Shown in pieces: positions 8,287 through 17,377 of a stretch of DNA of 28,118 bases. The stretch lies in contig JAKQQL010000309.1 in NCBI GenBank assembly GCA_029564175.1, positions 1 through 28,118 of the forward strand, written 5' to 3'. The stretch comes from Candidatus Cloacimonadota bacterium (GTDB taxonomy: Bacteria; Cloacimonadota; Cloacimonadia; Cloacimonadales; WRIO01). The notes under the pieces are model-generated. The model was not told the origin of the DNA. It saw only the letters and a list, made by a program, of their open reading frames with translations, and ran no database searches. The translations under genes were made by a program, and so were the position numbers. Numbering within the stretch: the stretch's first letter is position 1; every line of letters begins with the position of its first letter.

Positions 8287-9402
8287 ATGAAAAAGAACAG
8301 ATTGATTTTATGTACCTGTGGTACCAGTATCCTGACAAATGATAGTCAGGATGATGAAAGAAAGGTTTTAAATCGCAACTCAAACGTCAAAAATATAAAC
8401 GAGATTGTAAGTCCGGAAGACAGAATCTTCATCAATCAGATCCTGCAGAATAGAAAAAATAAGGTTTTAAATGCTGATTTTGAAACAGTTAAAAGAATAT
8501 CTGCTGAGTTGAATGGATTGTTTACATTCTATAAGGGTTTTCCTGTTTCAGAAGATATTGTTTTTTTATTGCCAACAGATACTTTAATTGGTAGAGGAAC
8601 TGCAGATATTATAAAAGATTATTTAACTGAAAAATTATCAATTCAGGTTTTTCTGTTAGAACAAAGAGATTTACAAACAAGGGATTATACGCTATTTCAT
8701 ACTGCTTTAAGTGAGTTAATTGGTCAGTTAAGTGTTTTACATGATTCTTATTCTAATAATTATCAGATTATTTATAATCTAACTGGCGGTTTTAAAAGCG
8801 TAAATGCTTTTTTGCAAACGATTGCTCAGTTTTTTGCCGATGAAGTGTTTTATTTGTTTGAATCTTCTGAACAATTGATGAGAATACCTAAACTACCTAT
8901 TCAGTTTAGTATTAAAGATGTGATGGAACGGCATATTCAAGTGATTCGAAAGATGAATATAGGATTAAAGATAACTAAAAATGAGATAAAAAATATCCCT
9001 GAAATCCTAATGATGGAAATTGATAACGATTATACTCTTTCAACCTGGGGCGAAGCGATCTGGGAATCTATAAAGAAAGACTTGTATATACAAAAACTTT
9101 ATGACAGTCCTGATATAAAAGTTCAATTCAGTAATTCATTCTTAAACTCTGTAAGAAGTCTTAACTTAAATGCTCAAAAAATATATGAGCTTAATAAAAA
9201 AATAGACGATCTGGTGAAATATGTTTATTCTAATGGTAAATATAATCCCTTTTCCTTAGATTGTAAAGCGATTAAGGGTACAGAAAAAAATGTATCCTTG
9301 TATGAGTGTGATGCCTGGCATAATGAAGATGCAAAACGGATGTTCTTTCATTATGAGAATGGATGTATAATTCTGGATAAACTGGACAAAGCCTTGCATT
9401 GA
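8287..9402 (+). CDS. cami1: CARF-wHTH-RelE ancillary effector (Cami1-like mRNA interferase; APE2256-type CARF), 371 aa
   Basis: CARF motifs TCGTSILTN, SAELNGL, TDTLIG, NLTGGFK and YLFE; C-terminal RelE-like region (DCKAIKG, YECDAW, KRMFFH) ending in ALH. Start at ATG 8287 behind AGGA. Confidence 0.85.
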   Translation: MKKNRLILCTCGTSILTNDSQDDERKVLNRNSNVKNINEIVSPEDRIFINQILQNRKNKVLNADFETVKRISAELNGLFTFYKGFPVSEDIVFLLPTDTLIGRGTADIIKDYLTEKLSIQVFLLEQRDLQTRDYTLFHTALSELIGQLSVLHDSYSNNYQIIYNLTGGFKSVNAFLQTIAQFFADEVFYLFESSEQLMRIPKLPIQFSIKDVMERHIQVIRKMNIGLKITKNEIKNIPEILMMEIDNDYTLSTWGEAIWESIKKDLYIQKLYDSPDIKVQFSNSFLNSVRSLNLNAQKIYELNKKIDDLVKYVYSNGKYNPFSLDCKAIKGTEKNVSLYECDAWHNEDAKRMFFHYENGCIILDKLDKALH

Positions 9403-9570
9403 TTATTGTAATTAAAAGAAAATATTCAATGTTTATTTAAAAAATCAAAAAAAAAACCAAAATTTCAGGTTTTTGTCCGGGTAATATATATAGAGGGTGT
9501 TGGTTTTGATTTGGTGTTATCTCAGGTATGCAAGATTTACGATGGTAAACAGGGTTGCCTGTCTTACATT

Positions 9571-9867
9571 ATGTCGCACCTACGGTGCTTAACTTTGTAG
9601 TTCATTGTTTTCCATGCGCTTACGCACAGGGTTATCTACATTTCATTCCTCCGGAATGTTAGCTTGTTCCGCTCTGCTGGAACGTGAGGTATGTAGGATT
9701 CTCAAACCGCATGGTTAAAACCATAGATTATTCATATTTAGCACTACAATTATAGCACTTTATCAGGGTTGATCGTATTACAAATAAGCTTAATTCAGAT
9801 AACAGGGCTCTGCCCCTTGAATATATTGGTGATACTTTGCTACGAAGATATCAGGGCGATGCCCCTA
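9571..9867. repeat. Scattered short GC-rich palindromes (REP/MITE remnants) between convergent genes
   Basis: GCACC-TAC-GGTGC, CATTCC-TCC-GGAATG, GTTCC...GGAAC, and two related CAGGGC(TC/GA)TGCCCCT copies (~9803, ~9853). Confidence 0.45.
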
Positions 9868-9997
9868 TGAAATTATTCTTACAGAATTCTGGTTTTAGTT
9901 GATGATTTGAAACAGCTAAAGATAGTTGTTCCTACAATATTCGTATGACAATTATAGAGTTTTTAAACAAATTTATGGGAGGTGCCAGGCTATGGTT

Positions 9998-10513
9998 TTA
10001 ACCCATGAATTTTTTTAATAATTGCATATCACTATTGATTGCTTTGAGGTTTACATCAATACTTGATGTCGAGAATTTGTTTAGTTGATTTGAGACATAA
10101 TCCGGTTCATTTTTTAGAATATCATCTTGTATTCGTTGATAGGTAAGCGGATCGCTTCTGAAATGAGCATCTACATCAGGCAGATTCGTATTCGTGTTGA
10201 GGGCTTTTAACGCATTTGACTGATTACCTGATTGGCTCATATTCATTGCTCTGTTTTGTAACGATTCGAGATTTGATTGCATGGATTCTGCAAATTCTTG
10301 CCTGTTTTGACTAATGTTCTGAGTATTTTGTGTATTGCCTGTAGTAGGATTTTCTGTCTGGCTTACAGATTTAATCTCTTCTCTGGTTCTCAGGCTCTCT
10401 AAATCTTCCATTGGAGCAAGACTATTCACCTCTGAGAGCCTTTGCTTTACCGTTTGCCTTTGAGTGTTCTGAGACAAATAGAGATTTGGAGTGTTCATCT
10501 TGATTTCAATCAT
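9998..10513 (-). CDS. Short, divergent flagellin-like protein (paralog of 10548-11060)
   Basis: Strong AGAAAGGAGG RBS; N/Q/S/T-rich with no Cys or Trp. Shares QNxQEFAxSMQSxL with its neighbour; weak similarity to flagellin termini (QRLS..., QRIQD...). Confidence 0.55.
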   Translation of the reverse strand: MIEIKMNTPNLYLSQNTQRQTVKQRLSEVNSLAPMEDLESLRTREEIKSVSQTENPTTGNTQNTQNISQNRQEFAESMQSNLESLQNRAMNMSQSGNQSNALKALNTNTNLPDVDAHFRSDPLTYQRIQDDILKNEPDYVSNQLNKFSTSSIDVNLKAINSDMQLLKKFMG

Positions 10514-10547
10514 TGTACCTCCTTTCTGTTAAAATTATTCATCGCCT

Positions 10548-11060
10548 TTAGCTCCGGATTAAACGGGACAGATCTGAAGCTTCCTGGCTCGCTTGTTGAA
10601 GCATACCCAAGGCAGCTTGTCTGATTGTGCTGATAGAATCAGAACCAAACTCAGTGGCAATGGCAGGGCTGTCAGGAGAATCAATTTGAGAAGATACATA
10701 TTTTGTATTTTCTAAATCGGGATTAGAAGTTTGTTGAGTGTCAGCTGTTCCTGATGGATCAGTATTCTGCTCAGTTGGATTTGTTATCGAAAGAAAATTT
10801 GGATTTGCATTAAGACTTGATTGCATGGATTGAGCAAATTCCTGTTGATTTTGATTTGTCTTAAGAGATGACCCAACACTATATGTAGCATGATTGGGTA
10901 CAGCATCACTGTCTTCTAAAGGTGCATTGAATCTTTGACCAGTTGATAATCTTCTGGTAAACTTGTTTGCATCCACCCTGGAATTCTTTCTAACCAGAGT
11001 TTGGCTTTCCATTAAAGAAGATGAGTTGTTGTTTAAAGCACCCAAATTTGATAAGACCAT
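10548..11060 (-). CDS. Minimal flagellin-like protein (N- and C-terminal motifs, very short centre)
   Basis: SNLGALN and RRLSTGQRFNAPLED resemble the flagellin N-terminus. ENTKYVSSQIDSPD...IRQAALGMLQQASQEASDLSRLIRS resembles the flagellin C-terminus. AGAAAGGAGG RBS. Confidence 0.7.
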   Translation of the reverse strand: MVLSNLGALNNNSSSLMESQTLVRKNSRVDANKFTRRLSTGQRFNAPLEDSDAVPNHATYSVGSSLKTNQNQQEFAQSMQSSLNANPNFLSITNPTEQNTDPSGTADTQQTSNPDLENTKYVSSQIDSPDSPAIATEFGSDSISTIRQAALGMLQQASQEASDLSRLIRS

Positions 11061-11374
11061 TTATTTCCTCCTTTCTTTTATATTTTCGTGCTATGGCTGA
11101 TTTAAATATAAGCCTTTTTAGGTGAAGTGTCAATAAAAATAATTTTTTTTATATAAGAATGAAAGATATTTGAGACGCAGATTGCACGGAAATTATTATT
11201 ATTTAACTACAGAGAACACAGAGAGACACAGAGAAGAAAGTGAAATATTTTTTATTCAAGTAGTTCATCAAGGAGATCCTACGCTTTGCAGTAGGTTCAA
11301 CTATCCCTAGTTGAACTAATTCTTTTTGGGATAACTGAGGACAGATATTTCTATAGAAGTGACCACTCCGGCAC

Positions 11375-11398
11375 AGACGCGATAAATCGCGTCTCAAC
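11375..11398. repeat. Single REP-like palindrome (third family)
   Basis: AGACGCGAT-AA-ATCGCGTCT-CAAC, a 9-bp perfect stem; reads GTTG+palindrome on the minus strand. Confidence 0.5.
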
Positions 11399-11698
11399 AA
11401 GTACCACTCCTCCAAAGGATGGTAGTTATTTTTTATTCTTATTTGTTGCGTTTTTAACTCAAATCCCGCTTATGCGGTTTTTAATTCAAACTGTTTAGAT
11501 ATAGTGTGTTTCGTTTCATGTCTCCTGCAGATTAGAAAGTATTTTCAAGAAGATAAAGGAATTTTAGGAAGAATTGACATGATGTAAAAGACTAAAATCT
11601 TTGCTTTTATTTTTATGCTTGACACTTCCCTTGAAACAAATAATTTGGCAATCTAAGAAAAAAAATATAAAAAAAGATAAAAATCGGAGGAATAAAAA

Positions 11699-11833
11699 AT
11701 GAAAAGAACGTTTCAGCCACACAATAGAAGAAAAAAATCCGTTCACGGATTCAGAGCCAGAATGGCTACCAAGAATGGTCGTAAAGTATTAGCACGCAGA
11801 AGAGCTAAAGGAAGAAAAGTACTCTGCGTATAA
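11699..11833 (+). CDS. rpmH: 50S ribosomal protein L34 (44 aa; absent from the ORF track)
   Basis: Manual translation [52 protein letters not shown]; directly upstream of rnpA. Confidence 0.98.
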   Translation: MKRTFQPHNRRKKSVHGFRARMATKNGRKVLARRRAKGRKVLCV

Positions 11834-12172
11834 ATGCTAAGAATCACACAAAAAAGATTATTTGACCAACTCAGAAGAAGTCAGACTAAAATTTTTGGTA
11901 AATACTTTTTGTTGATCTATATCGAAAACGAGGAAAACCAGGAACTGGCTGTAGGAATCACAGTAAGTAAAAAAGTAGGGAATGCGGTTGTCCGCAATCG
12001 TGTCAGAAGGCGTTTAAAAGCGATTCTTCAGGACTTTACTGAGCCTCCAGCCTTATCCCGTTTTCTGGTGAACATTATCGCCAAACCGGATGCTGCCCAT
12101 GTGGAATTTACCCAGATAAAAGATGATATATACACTCAATTTCAAAGACTTAATCGTTATGCGTCTCGTTAA
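11834..12172 (+). CDS. rnpA: Ribonuclease P protein component
   Basis: [23 protein letters not shown] (RNR motif); conserved synteny. Confidence 0.96.
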   Translation: MLRITQKRLFDQLRRSQTKIFGKYFLLIYIENEENQELAVGITVSKKVGNAVVRNRVRRRLKAILQDFTEPPALSRFLVNIIAKPDAAHVEFTQIKDDIYTQFQRLNRYASR

Positions 12173-12377
12173 TTACCCTTTTTACGTTATCATACGATTT
12201 TATCAAAAAATTATCTCTCCTGTTATCCCCCCTTCCTGCCGTTTTACCCCTACATGCAGTGAATATGCCAGACAGGCTTTTATGAAATACCCGCTCCACA
12301 AGGCTCTCTTTTTATCTCTTAAACGTATCTTAAAGTGTCATCCATTTCATCCGGGTGGACATGATCCTTTACCTTAA
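12159..12377 (+). CDS. yidD: Membrane protein insertion efficiency factor YidD
   Basis: [20 protein letters not shown] and [15 protein letters not shown]; start at ATG 12159 is inferred from overlap with rnpA. Confidence 0.95.
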   Translation: MRLVNYPFYVIIRFYQKIISPVIPPSCRFTPTCSEYARQAFMKYPLHKALFLSLKRILKCHPFHPGGHDPLP

Positions 12378-12423
12378 ACGGTATTCTACAGATATGATGT
12401 TTATTGTACGAAAATATACGTTA

Positions 12424-12473
12424 AACGACCAGGATGGTCGTATTACGATAAACGACAAAAATTGTCGTTCTAC
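12424..12473. repeat. Two REP-like palindromes between yidD and yidC
   Basis: ACGACCAGGATGGTCGTATTAC and AACGACAAAAATTGTCGTTCTAC share the family 1 architecture with covarying stems. Confidence 0.65.
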
Positions 12474-12503
12474 AGAATGATGTAATTTAATTTTGGAGGA
12501 AAT

Positions 12504-14183
12504 TTGGAAAAAAGAACACTCATCGCAATAGTTTTAATTATGCTGATTTACTGGGTCGCTTCAGAATATTTCTGGAAACCAAAAACGGTTGCCAATACCC
12601 AACAGCCTGCAGCACAGGAAACTGTGGCTCAAAAAGAAAACACGCTTAATAAAGAAAATATTCAGGACGTCAAAATCGTCAATGACTCTCTTCTTTCTCA
12701 AGCGGTCGAACTCAATGACGCTATTTTTATGGAAAACCAGCATCTGGCTTTAACGTTCACTAATCAGGGCGGAAATATCAAATCCATCGTTGTGAAGGAT
12801 TATACGATTTCTGACAAGAAAACACCGGTTCAACTGATTCCTGAGAATCAGCAGTTAAGTAATCTGCAACTGAAAACAAGCAATGGGCTTGTTTCATTAA
12901 ATCAGTATCATTTAAAGCATGAACTCACTAAAACAGACAGCAGTCAGACCCTGACTTTCTTTATGGAAAATGCTCAGGGACAACGCATTATCAGTAAACA
13001 ATTTGTTTTAAAAACAGATTATACGCTTGATTTTAATATTGTTTGCGATAATTATACCGCAGTGGATGGTTACAATATTCAGTTTGATTCCGGTATCAAT
13101 CTGACAGAAGATAATCCGGCTTCTGTAAAAGACAAGAAAAACACCTTTAAGGTGATCAGTCAGGTTAATAATGAATACCAGCAATTTACACTTCATAAGA
13201 TTATTAAAGACATTTCTAAACTGAACAGTAAAAACCAGAAACTGAATACATTAAAACATACAGGTCTTATAGACTGGGCAGCTATTCGTTCCAAATATTT
13301 CATTTACGCATTAATCCCTGAAAAGAAAATCGAATCTAAAGAGATTGATATCTTCTCTGTTAATGAAAGCCCTGCATTTATTTACAATGTAGAATTCTCC
13401 AAAAAGAGCAGTGTGTTTGAAGATTCTTACCAGCTTTATCTGGGACCGGTTGATTTTTATCGCTTATCGTCATTTAAAAACGGTATGGAAGATATCGCAG
13501 AATTAGGCGGAAGCTGGATCAGATGGATCAGTAAGCTGTTCCTTCAATTCCTGAAATTCGTTAACAAATGGGTTACTAACTGGGGTATTGTCATCATTAT
13601 CTTTGCACTTATCTTAAAATTAGTGTTATCACCTTTAACCAATAAAACCATGAACTCTGCAAAGAAAATGCAGGAAATCAATCCAATGATGCGCGAGATT
13701 CAGCAACAGTTTAAAAATGACCCTGTTCGCATGAATCAGGAACTTAAAAAGCTGTATAAAGAACACAAGGTTAATCCTGTGAGCGGTTGTCTTCCTTTAT
13801 TACTGCAAATGCCGATATTCTTTGCACTTTATCCGGTTTTACGCTTTTCTATCGATCTGAGACAAACCGGCTTTTTTGGCTGGCTGACAGACCTTTCCGA
13901 ACCCGATCCTTACTGGATTCTGCCTATTCTGATGGGTGTTTCAATGTTCCTTCAACAAAAAATGACTCAGGTGACTCCAAGTCCTGAAGATTTCAAGAAA
14001 ATGGATGAAAAACAACAGGCAGCTATGCAGAGTCAAAAAATGATGATGTATATTATGCCCGTGTTTATGTTCTTTATTTTCAAATCCCTGCCATCAGGCT
14101 TAGTACTGTACTGGATGGTCTTTAACGTCTTCCAGATCGCACAACAATTATACCAAGATTATAAAAAGAAGGCTTTACGATGA
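12504..14183 (+). CDS. yidC: Membrane protein insertase YidC (with periplasmic domain)
   Basis: N-terminal TM segment, YLGP, NWGIVII, NPVSGCLPLLLQMPIFFALY, WLTDLSEPDP and LPSGLVLYW; TTG start with GGAGG RBS. Confidence 0.97.
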   Translation: MEKRTLIAIVLIMLIYWVASEYFWKPKTVANTQQPAAQETVAQKENTLNKENIQDVKIVNDSLLSQAVELNDAIFMENQHLALTFTNQGGNIKSIVVKDYTISDKKTPVQLIPENQQLSNLQLKTSNGLVSLNQYHLKHELTKTDSSQTLTFFMENAQGQRIISKQFVLKTDYTLDFNIVCDNYTAVDGYNIQFDSGINLTEDNPASVKDKKNTFKVISQVNNEYQQFTLHKIIKDISKLNSKNQKLNTLKHTGLIDWAAIRSKYFIYALIPEKKIESKEIDIFSVNESPAFIYNVEFSKKSSVFEDSYQLYLGPVDFYRLSSFKNGMEDIAELGGSWIRWISKLFLQFLKFVNKWVTNWGIVIIIFALILKLVLSPLTNKTMNSAKKMQEINPMMREIQQQFKNDPVRMNQELKKLYKEHKVNPVSGCLPLLLQMPIFFALYPVLRFSIDLRQTGFFGWLTDLSEPDPYWILPILMGVSMFLQQKMTQVTPSPEDFKKMDEKQQAAMQSQKMMMYIMPVFMFFIFKSLPSGLVLYWMVFNVFQIAQQLYQDYKKKALR

Positions 14184-14890
14184 AAACTATTGAAAAATTT
14201 GCAAAAACGGTTGAACTCGCTATCGAAGAGTTTAAAGCCGAAACCAATCTGAATGATGAACAATTCTCTTATGAAGTACTGCAAAAAGAAAGTACTTCTT
14301 TCTTAGGTCTGTTTGGCGGAAAACAGGCGATAGTAAAATTCTCTTATTGTGACACAGAAGATCTGATCCGTAATTATCTGGATGAATTTTTTAAAAGAAT
14401 TCCAATGGAACTGGAATCTGTACTGATCGAAAAAGAAAACGATGCCTACAATGTTACGATCATTAATCCTGCTGAACCAGGCTTTATCATCGGAAAAGAC
14501 GGTAATTTCCTCAATGATCTTGAATATCTGCTAAATCTGGCAGTCTTCAGAAATCAGGAAAATAGAAATGCGATCAAACTCGATGTGGATAATTATCGTC
14601 AGAGACGTTCTGACGGTTTGGTGCGTGAAGTAAAATTTGCTATGTCCAAGATCTTAAAAACCAAGATCAGTATTAAACTGAAACCGATGACCTCATCTGA
14701 AAGAAGAATTGTACATCAGCTGGTTTTGGAAGATAAACGGTTTAAAACCACTACTGTCGGAGAAGGCAAAAAACGTCAGGTGGTTATCTCTTTTGCCCGT
14801 GGCCGTTTTAACAGTAATCCGGATGAAAGACGCACTTTTAGAAGACCTCCCCGAAATTTTGACAGACCTGAGTCTGATGATAAAGAATAG
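14180..14890 (+). CDS. jag: RNA-binding protein Jag/KhpB/EloR (Jag_N, KH, R3H)
   Basis: KTVELAI...FLGLFG (Jag_N), IIGKDG (KH) and ERRIVH (R3H); follows yidC. Confidence 0.92.
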   Translation: MKTIEKFAKTVELAIEEFKAETNLNDEQFSYEVLQKESTSFLGLFGGKQAIVKFSYCDTEDLIRNYLDEFFKRIPMELESVLIEKENDAYNVTIINPAEPGFIIGKDGNFLNDLEYLLNLAVFRNQENRNAIKLDVDNYRQRRSDGLVREVKFAMSKILKTKISIKLKPMTSSERRIVHQLVLEDKRFKTTTVGEGKKRQVVISFARGRFNSNPDERRTFRRPPRNFDRPESDDKE

Positions 14891-14897
14891 TTTGTAC

Positions 14898-14925
14898 GAG
14901 AATCCCCTCAAACGAGGGGATTCTC
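14898..14925 (+). terminator. Hairpin / putative terminator after jag
   Basis: 12-bp perfect stem GAGAATCCCCTC-AAAC-GAGGGGATTCTC; no clear U-tract. Confidence 0.6.
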
Positions 14926-15015
14926 TGTATATAAAACTAATGAATAATGATTTGTGTACAATGTCTTTAATTGAGGATTGAAAAGATAGTTAATGTATTT
15001 TTTAGATAATGTTAA

Positions 15016-15203
15016 AATTCCCCTCCATTGGAGGGGTGCCCCTTTGGGGCGGGGTGGTAAGTTCATAACCGTTTGGATGTTATTTATCCATCTGAAAGCC
15101 CCTTTTAAACATGATTATCTTTTTAAAATAGAATCTTTTTCAAAAAGTTTATTAAACGTACCTCCCTGGCACAGCGTGCCACCCTTCCACAGGAGGGGAA
15201 TTA
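15016..15203. repeat. Inverted pair of family-2 REP-like units (REPIN/MITE-like, ~190 bp)
   Basis: 15016-15059 is the approximate reverse complement of 15159-15202, with an AT-rich interior; a related single copy lies at 2017-2065. Confidence 0.75.
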
Positions 15204-15309
15204 ACCATTTTCTCATTTCATTGAGAAATTTACTTCATAATAAAAATGGGCTGATTCATATACCTAAAAAAGTCTTAGTTTAGCAGTATATGTTTTATAA
15301 AAGGACAAA

Positions 15310-16128
15310 ATGATGAGAATAGAGACAAAGAACCCGGATATCAGGATTACAACTGTGAGTGCCGGTGATTATTATACGGATGCCGGAGCAGCGATGGGCG
15401 TATTGCCTAAAGCAATCTGGAAAAAATATCTGCAGACAGATGAAAATGATACCATCAAAATGGCTTTAAACTGCCTGCTGATTCAAAATAAAAACTGCAA
15501 TATACTGGTCGATACAGGAGTAGGTAATTTACTCAGTGATAAGCAGTTTAAAATATACAGACCAGGTCATTTCTCTTTGCTGGAAAATTTGAATGAGTTA
15601 GGTATAAGCCGTCATGATATTCATCATGTAGTATTTACACATTTACATTTTGATCATATCGGAGGTATTTTACATAAAGATTTTCCAAATGAATTGACTT
15701 TTCCCAATGCATACCATCATATTCAAAAGAAAGAATGGTTGATGGCAACAAACCCAAATGAATTGAATCAGGCTGCTTACCCCTTTCGAGAACATATCAA
15801 TGTGCTGAGTGATTCTATCAGATTGGATATCATTGATGGAGACACAGAGCTTTTTCCGAATATTCATCTACAATTAGTTCAGGGTCATTCTGAAGGTATG
15901 CAGATCGTTAAGATTATGGATCAGGGACGAGCAATTTACTATGCAGGAGATATGATCCCCTCATTTCTGCATCTGAGTCCTTCTGTAACTTCTGCGTATG
16001 AATTATGCCGTAAAACAAGCTATATGGCAAAGATAAAAATTCTCAAAGAAGTAAAAGAAACACAGGGTTTAATTATTATGAATCACGATCCCCAAAAAGG
16101 ATGCATTAACTTTGATGAACTGAGATAG
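15310..16128 (+). CDS. MBL-fold metallo-hydrolase (YtnP-like)
   Basis: DAGAAMGVLPK, LVDTG, THLHFDHIGG (HxHxDH), GHS, AGD and HD motifs. Confidence 0.9.
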   Translation: MMRIETKNPDIRITTVSAGDYYTDAGAAMGVLPKAIWKKYLQTDENDTIKMALNCLLIQNKNCNILVDTGVGNLLSDKQFKIYRPGHFSLLENLNELGISRHDIHHVVFTHLHFDHIGGILHKDFPNELTFPNAYHHIQKKEWLMATNPNELNQAAYPFREHINVLSDSIRLDIIDGDTELFPNIHLQLVQGHSEGMQIVKIMDQGRAIYYAGDMIPSFLHLSPSVTSAYELCRKTSYMAKIKILKEVKETQGLIIMNHDPQKGCINFDELR

Positions 16129-16153
16129 TTCATGATGTTAGCTTTAAGTTTTT

Positions 16154-16326
16154 TACAAGCTGGTAGCTTGCATTACAACATTTCGCAAGCTGGTAGCTTA
16201 CGTTACAACTCTATGCAAGCTGGTAGCTTGCATTACAACATTTCGCAAGCTGGTAGCTTACATTACAACTTTTTGCAAGCTGGTAGCTTACATTACAACA
16301 TTTCGCAAGCTGGTAGCTTACGTTAC
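16154..16326. repeat. Six tandem 30-bp REP-like units
   Basis: CAAGCTGGTAGCTT(G/A)C(A/G)TTAC at 16156, 16186, 16216, 16246, 16276 and 16306. Confidence 0.93.
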
Positions 16327-16338
16327 TGAGGAGGAAAA

Positions 16339-17313
16339 ATGAAAGTATATGTTTTAGGAGCTGGTAATTGGGGAACAACCCTTGCCCTGGTGTTTGCTGA
16401 GAATAATCAGGTAGTTTTATGGACACAATCAGAGGATGAAGCAATACAAATCAATCATGATCGTGAAAATAAGCATTTCTTACCTGGATTTCAACTGCCA
16501 GATAATATTCAGGCAGAAATGAAATACAGTTCCAGACTTCACGATGATGATGTCTTGATTGTAGGTGTTCCTTCACGAAAAGTAGAAGAAATCTGTGAAG
16601 AACTCAAAGCCCAAAACTATACACATCCAATTTATGTAAATGTATCTAAAGGGGTTCAGCACAAAAGCCTGAAAACCATTCACGAAATTGTGAAAGAAAT
16701 TATTCCGGGTGCCCGTTTTGCCAACCTTTCAGGACCTACGATTGCCAGAGAAATTGCAGAAGGATTGCCAGCGAAAGCTGTATTGGCTTCTGATAATATT
16801 GAATTGTTGTTTTATCTGCAAACAGCCCTGAATAATTCAAAACTGTTTTTTGAGTTTAGTACCGATGTGAAAGGGATAGAGCTGACCTCTTCTTTAAAAG
16901 GACTGATTGCTATTGCGATTGGTATTGCAGACGGGCTTGGTTATAAAACCAATATTTACGGCTTATTGATGACAAAGGGACTGTCAGAATTTTATAAATT
17001 AATGAAGTTTTTTAATGTAAACCCCAAAACAGTATATGGTATCGCAGGTATGGGCGATTTAATTACTACCTGCTTGTCTGAAAACAGCCGTAACCGCAAA
17101 TTTGGAAAGTTATTGGCTCAAGGCTATGATGTCAATACTGCTTTAAACGAGGTTGGAATGGAAGTAGAAGGCGTTTCCATGGCAAAAACAGTCATGAAAC
17201 TAACCCGCCTGAATATTTCTTTACCACTTATCTCGTTTGTGGTTGACGCCATTAATGGTGAAGCAGATATCAAAAAAGACCTGCTTGACGTTCTTTTAAA
17301 AAAGTCCGTTTAA
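16339..17313 (+). CDS. gpsA: NAD(P)H-dependent glycerol-3-phosphate dehydrogenase
   Basis: GAGNWGTTLA, VSKG, LSGPTIAREI, GMGDLITTC, SRNRKFG and VEGV motifs. Confidence 0.95.
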   Translation: MKVYVLGAGNWGTTLALVFAENNQVVLWTQSEDEAIQINHDRENKHFLPGFQLPDNIQAEMKYSSRLHDDDVLIVGVPSRKVEEICEELKAQNYTHPIYVNVSKGVQHKSLKTIHEIVKEIIPGARFANLSGPTIAREIAEGLPAKAVLASDNIELLFYLQTALNNSKLFFEFSTDVKGIELTSSLKGLIAIAIGIADGLGYKTNIYGLLMTKGLSEFYKLMKFFNVNPKTVYGIAGMGDLITTCLSENSRNRKFGKLLAQGYDVNTALNEVGMEVEGVSMAKTVMKLTRLNISLPLISFVVDAINGEADIKKDLLDVLLKKSV

Positions 17314-17377
17314 AATTTAATTTGACAAAACAAGTCCTTTTTGGACTTATCAATTTATTCTATATAAGGGAGTCTCA

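Noticed and set aside
10514..11130. Sigma28 promoters for the flagellin-like genes
   Set aside because: Only weak -10-like matches (GGCGATGA, CACGAAAA) without a correctly spaced TAAA.
11061..11698. oriC upstream of rpmH
   Set aside because: No dnaA gene, and no consensus TTATCCACA boxes seen by eye.
14993..15283. 96-aa ORF
   Set aside because: It spans the inverted family-2 repeat pair and has no recognisable domain.
16132..16329. Second CRISPR array or repeat-protein ORF
   Set aside because: The linkers are short and near-identical rather than unique spacers; the ORF is a by-product of the 30-bp period.
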